Notes: a model not told the origin generated them from the letters alone. 64,000 nt of DNA from an uncultured Chloroflexia bacterium (GCA_963774265.1 CAVZDU010000001.1:128001-192000); one strand, 5' to 3'. Positions 18,553 to 30,390 are shown, numbered from the stretch's first letter. A program made the numbers and translations.

Positions 18553-19800
18553 GGGTACAACGCCTCCAGCCTGGGAAGGATAGCATCCCAACCATAGTAC
18601 GCTTCCACATACGCTCGCGCGGCCAGTCCCAACGCTGCCGCCTGCTCGCGCTCGCGCAGCAGTGTCGCTACACGCGCTGCAAAGGCCTTCGGCTCATCGG
18701 CGTAGGCCACCTCGCGTCCATCGGCAAACGGGAACCCATCGCAACCCAGGCGCGTCGACACGATCGCCTGTCCCATGGCCATGGCTTCCAGCACTTTCAG
18801 CACGCGTGCCCCCACCGATGCGCAGGGGCACGACATAGACTCCCGCTCCCGCGATGTAGGGTCGCGTGTCGGGCACACGCCCGGTGACGACGATGCCCGG
18901 GCGAGCACCTAACGCGACGACGCGGCTGTGGGGTTGCTGGCCGACGATATAGAAGCGGGTCTCCGGCGCCAGCTCCCTGATCAGCGGGAAGACCGCGTCT
19001 GCGAACCATGTCACGGCGTCGACGTTGGGCCGATAATCCATCTTGCCCGTGAAGACCAACGCATTTGCGCCCATCCCCGCGAGGGGCGGTGTAATTCCCG
19101 GCCGGTAGAACTCAAGATCAACGCCGTTCGGCACGACCATCACATCCAGCTCCGGGTCCAACCTGCGCAGCGCATCGCGGTCTGCCTCCGAGACTGCCAC
19201 CACGCGATCAGCCTGGCGGCAGACGTGGCGCTCGTACGCCGTCAGTTTGCGCCACTGGATCAACGAATAGGCCGCCGCCACCCAACGCCGCGGCCGGCGC
19301 ACATCCGTCAAGAACGCACGCTGCTGCAGCACATATTCGGCGTTGTGATCGTCGTAAATGAAGCGGGTTGCGCCTCCACCCCGCACCACCAGGCCTCGCA
19401 GCGCCAACATGTAGGGCGCCATTTCGATGCCCTCGACCTGAATCACGTCGTAGGGGGGCTGTGCGCGTCGAACCAGGGCCTTGATCCGATCGACCATTTG
19501 GGGCGTGTAGAGGCGCAACGCCATGTCGGGCAGGCGGCTGAGAAGGGTATCGCGTGCCCGATCCGCCAAGCGTACGCACCGGCTGAGGCAGCGCGAGGAT
19601 TTCAGGCGACAAGTCGGCCTGAGCAGATCGACCGATTCCTCTCCCGCGCCAGGCGCCAGGAAGGTGACGAGATCCACGGTGTGGTGTTTTGCCAAACCTG
19701 CCAGCAGATTGAAATTGCGAATCGTCGTGCCCTGGACAGCGCCGGTCAAGGCCGCCGGTGGCACGGGTGTCTGGGGAGTAAGGATCAGGATGCGCGCCAT
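18549..19800 (-). CDS. Glycosyltransferase family 4 (frameshifted)
   Basis: DDHNAEY, VPNGVD, FTGKMDYRPN.DA, PLRIGGGTR/LKVLEAMA. Confidence 0.85.
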
Positions 19801-19855
19801 TGGGTCATCTCTGGCTTTATCTGGGGCGCCAAGTACAGTCGAAGATCATTCGACA

Positions 19856-20990
19856 CTAAGGCGCAACCCTGCGGTAAACGGCCATCGTTTGCTCGGCTGC
19901 GCGACGCCAGGAGAAGCTCGCAGCGCGCTGCAGTCCCTTCAGGCGTAAGCTCTCGCGCAGCTTTTCGTCGGTCAAAACGCGCCACAGAGCTACGGTGATC
20001 TCTTCGTCCTGCTGAGGATCGATCAGCATAGCCGCATCCCCGACCACTTCAGGCAAGCTGGACACATTGGAGACGATGACAGGTGTCCCGCAGGCCATGG
20101 CCTCAAGCGGGGTCAGGCCAAAACCTTCGTAAAACGCAGGATGCACCAGGCAGCGGGCTGCATTATAGAGATACGGTAGATCGTGTGCCTCGACGCGACC
20201 CAAAAAATGGGCGTGCTGCTTCAGATCGAGCTTAGTAACCAGGTCATAGACGTCGTCGCTCAACCAGCCCGGCGAACCGGCCAACACGAGCGCGGGTGTA
20301 AGCTTGTAGTCATCCCGCAGGCGCCGGTAGGCTCTCAGCAGTCCGCCGACATTCTTGCGGGGCTCGATGGTGGAGACGAAAAGGATGAACTCGTCCGGCA
20401 CACCGTACAATGCCTGCACCCGTTGTAACGCTTCGTCTCGCGGCATCGGGCGCATGCGTGGATCCGCGGCCTCATAGATGACGGTGATACAATCTTCGGG
20501 TGTGCCCAACATGCGCACCAGGTCATTCTTGGTGCTCTGTGAGACGGCGATGATGTGATCCGCCTGCCTGACCGCCCGATCGATCTGACCGTAGTACCGC
20601 GCAGCGTCTTTGGTGAGGAAGTGCGGGTAGATCAGGAAGGCCAGGTCGTGGATGGTGATGACGTTGCGGCCTCGATACCGCAAGGGTTGAATGAAATCGG
20701 GGCTATGAAACACATCGGTCTTAAGCTGGCCCACAACCCATGGCATCAGGAGCTGTTCCATCCGATGGTGACTCGGAACGCGGCGAATAGGCGACCTGGA
20801 CGTTGGCAGCGCTGACGAGGTGTTGCGGTTGGCGGCGATCCTGGAGCAGCGTAAACAGTTCTTGCGGGTAGGATTCGGCGAGCGCCTGCGTCAGCCGGAG
20901 CGTATACTCCCCGATGCCGGCGCGTGTATAATAGACCAGTCTTGCGTCGATGCCTACATGCATGCGGGGCGGCCTCCGGCTCTTCTCCAA
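19856..20990 (-). CDS. Glycosyltransferase family 4 (frameshift near 20770)
   Basis: HVGIDAR, TIHDL, EPRKN, EGFGL.PLEAMACG.PV. Confidence 0.88.
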
Positions 20991-21174
20991 GAAAAACTAG
21001 CCCTCCGCCCCGGCTGTCCGAGATGGAGGGCTTCACTGACCCACGTCATCTGCGATAATATCACGGAGCGCGCAGGGCCGTCAAATAAAACCACTTATCG
21101 CCTCTTGTGCATCGGCACTTGTGCGACGGCACTTGTGCCGCTGTGTTATAATCCTTCTCAACAGGAGGGTTCGC

Positions 21175-21988
21175 ATGGGAGAAATTCTGAATTTTCTGTT
21201 GTCCGCAGGCGCGATCATCTTCGCCATCGCAGTGGTGGCCAGCTCGGCCATCAAGGTGGTGCAGGAGTACGAGCGCGGCGTCATCTTCCGCCTGGGCCGC
21301 CTGGTCGGGGCCAAGGGGCCCGGCCTCTTCTTCATCATCCCGATCATTGATCGGATGGTCAAAGTCGACTTGCGCGTGGTGACTCTCGACATCCCTGCAC
21401 AGGAGGCGATCACCAGGGACAACGTCACAATCCGCGTCAACGCCGTCGCCTATTTCAGGGTCGTGAATCCTCACGATGCGATTGTTAAGGTTGAGGACTT
21501 CCGCCGCGCAACCTTCCAGATCGCGCAGACCAGTCTGCGCTCGGTGCTCGGCCAGTCCGACCTGGACGATCTGCTTGCGCACCGAGACGAGATCAACGCC
21601 CGCTTAGCGAAGATCATCGACGAGCAGACCGAGCCCTGGGGCATCAAGGTCAGCATCGTCGAAGTGAAGGACGTCGAGCTCCCCGATACCATGAAACGCG
21701 CCATGGCGCGACAAGCTGAAGCCGAACGAGAAAAGCGTGCAAAGATCATCCATGCTGAGGGTGAGTTCGTAGCCTCCGAACAGCTCGACGAACGCGGCGC
21801 GAATCATCGCACAGGAGCCTGCCGCCATCCAGCTGCGCTATCTGCAGACGCTTACCGAAATCGCCGTGGAGAAGAACTCGACGATCTTGTTCCCTGTGCC
21901 CATCGAGTTCATGCGAGCCTTCAAGCTGAGCGGCACGGACAGTGGCGCGGATAGCGGCGCGGACAGCGGCGACAAACCCGCCGCCTGA
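21175..21988 (+). CDS. SPFH/band 7 (slipin) protein (frameshift near 21790)
   Basis: [43 protein letters not shown]. Confidence 0.92.
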
Positions 21989-22010
21989 TTGCTGAGCACA
22001 AGGGCACCCT

Positions 22011-22637
22011 ATGAACAGCCCTGGCCGCGGACAGTGGCGGGGTTACGTTGGGATCAGTCTGTTTTGGTTGGCCGTCTTGGCCGGCGTGCTGCTGTTCACA
22101 CACCGGCCCGCGGCCCAACCGATTGAGATCCTGCCGCCGCCCACATCAGCGCCCACCGCGACGCCCTTGCCGACAGCGACGCCACGTCCGCTGCGGGTGG
22201 ACATCGCCGGCGCGGTGCGCGAGCCGTGTGTCTACACCCTGCCCCCTGGCAGCATCATCGCCGACGCCATCGCGGCCGCGGGTGGCCCCGCGGAGGACGC
22301 TGACCTCGACCGGATCAACAAGGCCATCGAATTGCAGGACGGCGTGCAGGTGTACGTGCCGCACATCGCCGAAACACCGCCCGCGCCTGCCCTCTCACCT
22401 TCAGGGGCGGCAGCCCAACCGGCCGAGCGCTCCGCACCCGCCGTTGTTCTCCCCGGGCTGATCGACCTCAACACCGCAACGCTCGCGGAACTGGAAACCC
22501 TGCCCGGCATCGGCCCAAAGATCGCGCAGTTGATCGTCGATGGCCGGCCGTACGCTCAGCCGGAGGACCTGTTGGACGTCAAGGGCATCGGCCCCGCGAC
22601 GCTGGCGAAGATCAAGAATCTGGTGACCGTGCGATAG
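22011..22637 (+). CDS. comEA: ComEA DNA-binding protein (SLBB + HhH)
   Basis: VDIAGAV..P.VY.LP.G, INKA..L.DG, IDLNTA...ELETLPGIG, VKGIG. Confidence 0.88.
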   Translation: MNSPGRGQWRGYVGISLFWLAVLAGVLLFTHRPAAQPIEILPPPTSAPTATPLPTATPRPLRVDIAGAVREPCVYTLPPGSIIADAIAAAGGPAEDADLDRINKAIELQDGVQVYVPHIAETPPAPALSPSGAAAQPAERSAPAVVLPGLIDLNTATLAELETLPGIGPKIAQLIVDGRPYAQPEDLLDVKGIGPATLAKIKNLVTVR

Positions 22638-22742
22638 GCGAAGGAATATATAGGAAAAGTCACATAACAATCGTAAGCAATATCACTGGATTGAACCAGG
22701 AGGGGGACTACCATAGAGCCAGATTCTTCCTCCTCCTTTGCG

Positions 22743-22785
22743 CACGAAGGCCGGGGTCACCAGTCAACCCCGGCCTTCGTGTTTA
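22743..22785. terminator. Strong 15-bp stem-loop between convergent genes
   Basis: cacgaaggccggggt...accccggccttcgtg followed by ttt. Confidence 0.75.
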
Positions 22786-22809
22786 ATCCCGGTTACTTCA
22801 TCCCAGAGA

Positions 22810-23322
22810 CTAGAGCGAGCGCACCAACTCCGACAGAGGTCGCCGTGATGTCGCCGCAGGGACCTCAGCGGCATATCCGATCGGCAGCACTGCCACAGGT
22901 ATCCAATCCGGCGGCGCACCCACCGCGGTTGTAACTGCGACGGGATCGAACGCCCCCACCCATACGGTGCCAAGACCCAGGTCGGTCGCTGCCAGCATGG
23001 CATAGGTGACGGCAATCGTGGCATCTTGCACCGCATACAATTCCTTGCCACGGGCGCCATACTTGCGCGCCGAGCGGCCAGGATTCGCGAAGAACACCAG
23101 GATCACAGGCGCCTCGGCGATGAACGACTGGTTAGCCGCACGCGCCAGTCCCGCGCGGGCGCGCGTAGCCGTCACATGGTAAATCTCGTAGGCCTGCAGA
23201 TTGCCGGCGGAAGGTGCAATGTTCGCCAGCCCCAAAATCCGATTTACCTTCTCCGTCTCAACCGGTTTGGCCTCAAATGCGCGCACAGAACGACGCGCTC
23301 GAATCAACTCTGTGAATTCCAT
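22810..23322 (-). CDS. Nitroreductase family protein
   Basis: RRSVRAF, APSAGNLQ, GLGTVWVG, LPIGY. Confidence 0.9.
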   Translation of the reverse strand: MEFTELIRARRSVRAFEAKPVETEKVNRILGLANIAPSAGNLQAYEIYHVTATRARAGLARAANQSFIAEAPVILVFFANPGRSARKYGARGKELYAVQDATIAVTYAMLAATDLGLGTVWVGAFDPVAVTTAVGAPPDWIPVAVLPIGYAAEVPAATSRRPLSELVRSL

Positions 23323-23376
23323 CGGCGCCTCCTTGTGGTGTCCACATAATACCATATTTTGCCACAGACGACGCAG

Positions 23377-24129
23377 CTATTTTGGCGGGCTGTCCCGGCG
23401 ATCCGCGCTCAGTGACTTTCGCCGTCCACGTCCACCGATCCGCGCCATGAGCGCTGCCTGCCATACGTCGCCATACCGCCAAAAAAGAACCAGCACCACG
23501 AGTCCCAGGACGCTGAGAACGATCCACACGGGCCAGGGTATCTGCTCCGCGCTGGCGCCAAGCCAGACCGCCGCCGCTAACCCGGGAAACCGCGCGACGG
23601 CAGCCATCGGCAAGAGCACCCGCAGCGGCAAGGTGGTCAATCCGGCCACGAAGCAGAGCACGTCGTCGGGCAAGCCGGGGATCAGGAAGAACAGGAAGAA
23701 GAAACCCAACCCTTTACCCGTCGCCAATCGATCCACCCGATCGAGCACCTTCCGCGCTGACCAATCGCTCGATCAGGGGCCGCCCCGCAACCCGCGCCAG
23801 CAACATGGCCAGCCCGGTCCCCAACACCAGCCCCATCCAACTGTATGCTGTCCCCGCCCATGGGCCGTACAGATACCCTGCCACGAAATTGATCATCTGG
23901 CCGGGGATCGGCGCGACGATCGTCTGCCCGATGGCCAGGCCGATCAGGACCAGCGGACCCCACGCCCCCGCGCCCGGATCTCTTCGACGACCCGCTCTCG
24001 GTTCGCAAACGCCAGGCCGATATCCTCCCGCCACAACACCAGCGGCGCCACCAGCGCCACCACCACGGCGGCGATCATGGCGGCCCGCAACCAAATCGGC
24101 CACGGAGCAGTCTCCCGACCCCCGGTCAT
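23377..24129 (-). CDS. TVP38/VTT (DedA-like) membrane protein (frameshifted)
   Basis: QTIVAPIPGQ..FVAGYLYG, FLIPGLPDD.LCFVAGLT. Confidence 0.82.
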
Positions 24130-24165
24130 TTTTATCTCGCTCCCCTACCTACTATAATGCGGCGC

Positions 24166-25748
24166 ATGTATGCGCACATGTCACATGACATCAATCGCCC
24201 TTACCTGTATCTGCTCGTTTTCACTGCCGGCTTCACAACTCTCGGCGTCGAGTTGAGCGCCTCACGGCTGCTCGATCCCTGGTTCGGCAACTCGCTCCTG
24301 GTCTGGGCCAGCCTCATCGGCCTGATCCTGCTCTACCTGACCCTTGGCGCCTGGCTCGGTGGGCGGATCGCCGACCGCTGGCCCCAGCCGCTGGTCCTGC
24401 TTCGGCTTGCCGCGGTGGCCGCGTTCGCGGTTGGGCTGATCCCTACGATCTCGCGCCCCGTCTTGCGCCTCGCCAGCCTGGGCCTCGACAGCTTCGACGT
24501 GGGGCTGCTGGGCGGGAGCATGGCAGCAATCCTGGTTCTCTTCGCCGTTCCGGTCACCTTGCTTGGCTGCGTCAGCCCATTTGCCGTACGGCTGGCCATC
24601 CGCGATGTGCGTGGCAGCGGCGGGGTCGCCGGCCGCATTTCCGCCCTGTCTACCGCCGGCAGCATCGCGGGCAGCTTTCTCCCGGTCCTGCTGCTGATCC
24701 CCTCAATCGGCACCCGGCGCACGTTCGCGCTGTTGTCCCTGGCGCTGCTGCTCGTGGTCCTGGCCGGCCTGCTCCGAAACCGCCGGACCATCGACGCCGT
24801 CCTCCTTGTGGCCGGCGCAGCGCTCGTCGTCTGGCTTGGATTCCGTCCGGCCGGTCCGCTGAAAGACACAGCGGGTCTCGTCTACGAGACAGAATCCGCC
24901 TTCAACTATATTCAAGTGCTCGACCTCGGCGTCGAGCGTCAGTTACGGCTCAACGAAGGCGAGGGCATTCACTCGGTCTATCGCCCCGCGGGGGGACTGG
25001 CTGACGGCATCTGGGATTATTTTCTCCTCGCCCCTGCGTTCAACCCTGCGCCCTACTCCCCGGCGGATGTGCACCGGGTTGCTGTGGTGGGCCTCGCTGC
25101 AGGGACAATGGCCCATCTCTTCACGGATGCCTACGGCCCGGTGACGTTGGAGGGCGCAGAGCTGGATCCCGAAATCATCGAGACAGGCCGCGCCTGGTTC
25201 GACATGAACATGCCCAACCTCACCGCCTACCCGATCGACGGTCGCCGGTTTCTTGCACGCCCTCCAGAAGGTGCGTCAGGGGCCGCTCCCTTCGACCTGA
25301 TCACTGTCGACGCCTATCGGCCGCCTTACATCCCGTTCCACCTGACCACGGTCGAGTTTTTCGCGCTCTGACCCGAGACCGCCTCGGGAAGCACGGGGTG
25401 GTCGCGGTCAACGTTGGCCGCACGCACACAGACTACAGTCTTGTCGATGCCATCGCCGCGACGATGCAAGCCGTCTTCCCATCCGTTTACATTGTGGACG
25501 TGCCCGATGAGGGCAGTCTCCTCGGTAACAGCCTCGTGATAGCCACCAACCAGCCAACCACGCTGGCCGATCTGCAGGCTAACCTGCCCGCTTTCAAAGC
25601 GGGCCTGCTCGGCCAGGTTGCGGCCAAGGTCGCGCCCGCCGCACGCGTCGCAACCCCGCAGGCCAACACACCTATCTTCACCGATGACCGCGCGCCCGTC
25701 GAGCAGGTTGTCCACGCCCTCGTGCTCAAGTATATGCTCGGTGATTGA
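24166..25748 (+). CDS. Fused membrane/spermidine-synthase-like methyltransferase (frameshift near 25370)
   Basis: N-terminal TM domain (ELSASRLL.PWFG), VGLAAGT, ELDP, DAYRPPYIPFHLTT.EFF. Confidence 0.82.
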
Positions 25749-25757
25749 AAAAACCGT

Positions 25758-26453
25758 TCAAGGTGACGGAGTTTCGGGCGGGGCCAGGAAGCACAAGATG
25801 CCATTGATGATGCCTCTCGCCGCACGATCAGGCTGCCCGGTGAGCAGTTTGCGGTCGGCGCTCAGAAATCCCAGCTCGATGATGGAGGCCGGTGTGTGCG
25901 AGGAGATTTCGCGGAATGCATGGTAACGGGTCATGTTGAGCGTGATTGTGGAGGGATGGCGGCTGAGGCCAGTGGCAGCCTCATACTCATCCCACAAGCA
26001 CGTCGTCAGCCGCACGGACGCCTCGCTGCCGCCTTCTTCGTTGGCTGCTTTGAAGCCGCTGAAGTCTACCTGGCACGAATCTGAGTGAATCGAGACGAGC
26101 GCGTCGGCCCGGTAACCGGACAGCCGGCGGTCGAACTCCTCCAGGATTTCGACGCGCATCCCTCGCCTGCGCAGACCCTCCGCCGCAAGCTCGGCCACGC
26201 GCAGATTGACCTCGGCCTCCGTCAACCCATCCGGGCACACTGCCCCGGAATCGTTGCCGGAATGGCCCGCGATCAGCCCAATCTGCAGGCCGTCTGCCGG
26301 TTCGGCGGCCGCGAACAGAAATTGCAGCCAGGCGGGTCCGACACCCCGTGCAGATATCTGTTCGGCCACCCAGATGCCCGCCAGGATAACAACCGCGAGC
26401 ACCAACAGGGATGCCGTGCGCGAACGTTGTGGCTTTTTATTGCGGTTTGGCAT
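25758..26453 (-). CDS. N-acetylmuramoyl-L-alanine amidase (Amidase_3)
   Basis: AGH.G.DSGA...LTE..VN, SIHSD, IIELGF. Confidence 0.85.
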   Translation of the reverse strand: MPNRNKKPQRSRTASLLVLAVVILAGIWVAEQISARGVGPAWLQFLFAAAEPADGLQIGLIAGHSGNDSGAVCPDGLTEAEVNLRVAELAAEGLRRRGMRVEILEEFDRRLSGYRADALVSIHSDSCQVDFSGFKAANEEGGSEASVRLTTCLWDEYEAATGLSRHPSTITLNMTRYHAFREISSHTPASIIELGFLSADRKLLTGQPDRAARGIINGILCFLAPPETPSP

Positions 26454-26543
26454 ACGGACAGATCATAGCCATAAGCTCCCGTTTGCGCAACTGGATCGAC
26501 GTAAAAGTGAGCTGCTTTCATGGCCGGGCGGAGGGGCCTTCTT

Positions 26544-26572
26544 TTGACTTTTAGCCCCCACGCGGGTATATT
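26544..26572 (+). promoter_or_regulatory. Sigma70-type promoter of rodZ
   Basis: TTGACT-17-TATATT. Confidence 0.6.
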
Positions 26573-26608
26573 GGTTCGGCTTATCAACAAATCGAGGACC
26601 TACCTCTT

Positions 26609-27547
26609 ATGAGTGAGCTTGGGCGCCTGTTGACGGAGGCGCGCGCGGCAAAGGCGCTCAGCCTGGCCGATGTCGAGTCTGTAACGCGCATCCGTCAGAA
26701 ATGGCTGGAGGCGCTGGAAAACGGCGAATACAGTAAGCTGCCGCGCGGCGCCGTAGCCCGGGGTTTTCTGCGCACTTATGCAGCTTATCTCGGCCTGGAC
26801 ACCCAGGCAGCGTTAAGCCTTTACACCAGCGAAAGCGGTGATGCGGGTGACGATGTCGCGATTGCCGAGCCGGGCAAACCGCGCCTGGTCGACTACCGGC
26901 CGCTCGAAGTCGAGCTGATCGACGAACGCCCCGACGATGGGTGGGTTCGCTGGCTCGTGGCATTGGTGCTTGTCGCTGCTTTGGCCGGCAGTGCGTGGTG
27001 GTTCCTGGGCCGCAATCCTGGCTGGAATCCCTTCGCCGCAGCCCCCGCTCCAGCTCCAACCGCCACAAACACGCCTACTGCGACGCCGTGGGTCGTCACT
27101 GCCACCCCACAAGCAACGATTACCCTTCCCGTGGCGGAGGCGCTGGCCACGTCCGACATCCTGCCGCTGCCCACGCCGACGGTTCCCGCGTCAGCCACCC
27201 CCACGCCCCGGCCAACTGCGACGCCGGAGTTTGTGGCCAGCATCGCCCTTGAAGTGCAGGCAGTTCAACGTTCCTGGATCAGGGTCACGGTGGATGGCGA
27301 GGTGGCTGAAGAAGGCTTCCTCGATGCCAACGCGACGCGCGTCTGGGAAGCCAACAAATCAGTCACCCTGCGCACCGGCAATGGTGGCGGGATAACACTT
27401 AGGCTCAATGGCCAGGACCTCGGGCCGATGGGTACTGTGGGGCAGGTGGTGGAGCGGAGCTGGGCCGTGGCGGACACCGGGGAAGTGCTCGAAGCGGGCA
27501 GCGTCACGCCTGAGCCGGTGACCCCAACCACGACGCCTGCCGGCTGA
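26609..27547 (+). CDS. rodZ: RodZ-like HTH/TM/DUF4115 protein
   Basis: N-terminal Xre HTH with RGFLRTYA.YLGLD, single TM, C-terminal WIRV.VDG...RTGNGG; upstream of rimO. Confidence 0.8.
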   Translation: MSELGRLLTEARAAKALSLADVESVTRIRQKWLEALENGEYSKLPRGAVARGFLRTYAAYLGLDTQAALSLYTSESGDAGDDVAIAEPGKPRLVDYRPLEVELIDERPDDGWVRWLVALVLVAALAGSAWWFLGRNPGWNPFAAAPAPAPTATNTPTATPWVVTATPQATITLPVAEALATSDILPLPTPTVPASATPTPRPTATPEFVASIALEVQAVQRSWIRVTVDGEVAEEGFLDANATRVWEANKSVTLRTGNGGGITLRLNGQDLGPMGTVGQVVERSWAVADTGEVLEAGSVTPEPVTPTTTPAG

Positions 27548-27567
27548 GAACCTGCCAGATCGTATTC

Positions 27568-27608
27568 AGTGGGTAGCGGGCCACAGTCCGCTGCCCGCTC
27601 TTTGTTTA
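27568..27608 (+). terminator. Stem-loop plus U tract between rodZ and rimO
   Basis: agtgggtagcgggc...gtccgctgcccgct-ctttgttt (includes G-U pairs). Confidence 0.5.
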
Positions 27609-27633
27609 TGGCGCTCTGCGTCAGTTGGGACAA

Positions 27634-29043
27634 ATGAAGTACTATCTATTAACCTTGGGTTGCCCTAAGAATACGGTCGACAGCGAAGGCATCGCGATGC
27701 TGTTGAGCGGCGCAGGTTACCGTGGCACCGCCGTGCCCGACGACGCCGATGTGCTGATCGTCAACACCTGCGGCTTCCTGGAGGCCGCGGAGGAAGAGTC
27801 GCTGGCCAATTTGCGCGAGCTCGCGGAAACCAAGCGCCGCGGCCAGGTGTTGATCGCAGCCGGCTGCATGGCCCAGCGCAACGGCAGCCGCATCGTGCAG
27901 GAAGTGCCGGGCGTCGATGGGTTGCTGGGCACGCGACGTTGGATGGAGGTTGTGCCGTTCATCAAGGCGCTCCGCCAGGGTCTGCACGACACGCCGGGCG
28001 CAGCCGGACGCGGATTTGGCCGCTACTCGCTGCTCGGTGATCCGGAGCGCCCGCTGGCCGGCGCCATGCCGCGGCCGGCCGTGCTGAACGGCAGCGCGTA
28101 TCTCAAGATCAGCGATGGCTGCAACGCACCCTGCGCCTTCTGCACCATCCCTTCGTTCAAAGGCAAGCTGGCAAGCCGTCCCGCCGAGGCGATCATCGCG
28201 GAGGCGCGTACCCTGGTCGCTTCCGGTGCAGAGGAGTTGATCCTCATCGCCCAGGACACGACCGACTACGGCCGGGATTTGGGCCAACCCGACTCGCTCC
28301 CCGGCTTGATCTCCAACATCCTCAGCGCCACGCCGGCGCTGCGTTGGCTGCGCCTGATGTACGCCTACCCGGGCCACGTCTCCGACCGGCTGATCGAGGT
28401 CATGGCTTCGGATCCACGCGTATGCCACTATCTGGACATCCCCCTGCAACACGGCCATCCTGCGGTTCTGCGCCGCATGTTCCGGCCCAGCAACACAGAC
28501 AAATTGTTGGAGACATTCGCCAGGATGCGCAGCGCCATGCCTGACATGGCCTTCCGCAGCACCTTTATTATCGGCCTGCCCGGTGAGACCGAGGAGGAGT
28601 TCGCGGGGCTGCTCGACTTCGTGCAGGCCATCCAGTTCGACAAGGTCGGCGTCTTCCCCTTCAGCCCCGAACCCGGTACGCCGGCCTTCGACATGCCGGA
28701 TCAGGTGGCCGAGGACGTGAAGATGGAACGGCATGACAGGGTGATGGCGCTCCAACAGCGCATCTCGCTTGCCCGCAACCAGGCCCAGGTCGGCCGGACG
28801 CTGGACGTGTTGGTTGAGGCGCATGGGGAGATGGAGGGAATGTCGCCTGCAGGCACAGGCAAACACGGGCAGCGGGGTAAGTTGCGCCGCCAGCCGGTGT
28901 CTCTGGCGCGCAGCTACCGCGATGCGCCCGAAGTCGACGGCCTCGTCGTCATCCCGGGCGTCCTCCCCTTGGGTAAATTGGCCGCCGCCCGCATCACCGG
29001 GGCCATCGAATACGATCTTGTGGGCGAGGCGACCGCCGGTTAA
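27634..29043 (+). CDS. rimO: Ribosomal protein S12 methylthiotransferase
   Basis: LGCPKN.VDSE, NTCGF, YLKISDGC...CAFC.IP, C-terminal DAPEVDG TRAM domain. Confidence 0.93.
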   Translation: MKYYLLTLGCPKNTVDSEGIAMLLSGAGYRGTAVPDDADVLIVNTCGFLEAAEEESLANLRELAETKRRGQVLIAAGCMAQRNGSRIVQEVPGVDGLLGTRRWMEVVPFIKALRQGLHDTPGAAGRGFGRYSLLGDPERPLAGAMPRPAVLNGSAYLKISDGCNAPCAFCTIPSFKGKLASRPAEAIIAEARTLVASGAEELILIAQDTTDYGRDLGQPDSLPGLISNILSATPALRWLRLMYAYPGHVSDRLIEVMASDPRVCHYLDIPLQHGHPAVLRRMFRPSNTDKLLETFARMRSAMPDMAFRSTFIIGLPGETEEEFAGLLDFVQAIQFDKVGVFPFSPEPGTPAFDMPDQVAEDVKMERHDRVMALQQRISLARNQAQVGRTLDVLVEAHGEMEGMSPAGTGKHGQRGKLRRQPVSLARSYRDAPEVDGLVVIPGVLPLGKLAAARITGAIEYDLVGEATAG

Positions 29044-29047
29044 GAAC

Positions 29048-29080
29048 ACGTGCCGGGCACTTGCGAAGTGCCCGGCACGT
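29048..29080. repeat. Perfect 15-bp-arm palindrome (REP-like or bidirectional terminator)
   Basis: acgtgccgggcactt-gcg-aagtgcccggcacgt between convergent genes. Confidence 0.8.
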
Positions 29081-29121
29081 AATGGACAGAGCATCCGGCA
29101 TGCCCTTGAGCCGGACGGCGT

Positions 29122-29493
29122 CTACTCAATCACACGATACTCGCCGTCCACCGTCTGACCTGCGTGCGGGGCCTTGGGCGCCTGTGAATCGCCGGGCGCG
29201 CCCGCAAGCGCATCCCGGTGTGCCTGCACCAGCCACTTCGGGCACGTGTCCACAAACAGCTTCATCGCCAGGGCAATCAGCGCCAGGTCGTCCAGTTGTC
29301 CCACAACCGGGAACACATCAGGCAGCAGATCCGCGGGAAACAGCAGATAGGCCACGGCGAGGCCGGGGATGATCAGCTTGCTTGCGCCCGAAACGCGCGG
29401 GTCGCGGAACAGACGCCACGCCAGGCGCGCATTACGCACCACTTCTGTGAGCAGGCCGGCCTTCTTACCTGCCGAACCAACCGGATTTTCCAT
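29122..29493 (-). CDS. YkvA/DUF1232 family protein
   Basis: DPRV...K, YLLFPADLLPD.FPVVGQLDD. Confidence 0.88.
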   Translation of the reverse strand: MENPVGSAGKKAGLLTEVVRNARLAWRLFRDPRVSGASKLIIPGLAVAYLLFPADLLPDVFPVVGQLDDLALIALAMKLFVDTCPKWLVQAHRDALAGAPGDSQAPKAPHAGQTVDGEYRVIE

Positions 29494-29613
29494 GATCGAA
29501 CTCTTAACCTCCCAACGGCCCCATGCTAGTGTACTATTATCGTTATATCAACTTACTATTAGAATTACGTTTCTGACGCCCATTTTGTTTCATGCGGGTG
29601 TCAGCCTCCCGCC

Positions 29614-30390
29614 CTACCGCAGCTCCACGCTCACCTCCACCTGCGCCTGGACGACGATCTGGCCCAGGCTGAACTCGCTGTCTTCGATGGCCGGCGCGGA
29701 CGCGGGCGCGATCTCCTGCATCACGTTCTGCGCCTGGTTCGACGCCAGCCCACGGCTCCCCGAGCCGTAGTAGTACGACCAGGAGTTCTCCTGGATGTCG
29801 GTGACGCCGCCCGCAGTGACATTCGCGGCTGCGGCCAGCGCCCCTGCCTTCTCCAACGCGGCCTTCACCGCCATCTCGCGCGCCTGGTCGCGCAGCTCGC
29901 GCAGCCGAGTCGTGCTGAATGTCAGGTCGTCGACCGTGGTCGCACCGGCCTCCAGGCTGACCACCAGCACGTCGCTCAGCTGGCTGATATCACGCAGATT
30001 CACCTGGATGCCGTTATTGCTCCAATAACCGACGAGCGCCCGGTCGCCATACTGCCGGTAGTCGTACTCGGGCCGCAGGGTGAAGGAGTCCGTGCCGATA
30101 TCCTGGCTCGCGATCCCCTGCTTCTCGAGCGCGTCCAGCACCCGCTTGACGATCGCCACATTCTCCGCCTGCGACGCCCGCGGGGTCTTGGCGAAGGTCT
30201 GCACGCCGAACCGGATGGTCGCCCGGTCCGGCTGGACGCGGATCACCGCGGTCCCGCTGGTGTGCAGCGAGCCGGTCTTTTCCGACTGTGGGAGCGGCGC
30301 GGCCGCGACAGGTGCGGGACCCATTGGCCGCACGAACGCCGCGAGGAGCAACGCTGCGATGAATCCGATGACCGAGAGTGCCTTCTTCAT
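29614..30390 (-). CDS. SIMPL (DUF541) domain protein
   Basis: G.A.IRVQPD.A.I.FGV, DI.T..F.L.PEY, AREMAV.AA..KA. Confidence 0.88.
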   Translation of the reverse strand: MKKALSVIGFIAALLLAAFVRPMGPAPVAAAPLPQSEKTGSLHTSGTAVIRVQPDRATIRFGVQTFAKTPRASQAENVAIVKRVLDALEKQGIASQDIGTDSFTLRPEYDYRQYGDRALVGYWSNNGIQVNLRDISQLSDVLVVSLEAGATTVDDLTFSTTRLRELRDQAREMAVKAALEKAGALAAAANVTAGGVTDIQENSWSYYYGSGSRGLASNQAQNVMQEIAPASAPAIEDSEFSLGQIVVQAQVEVSVELR

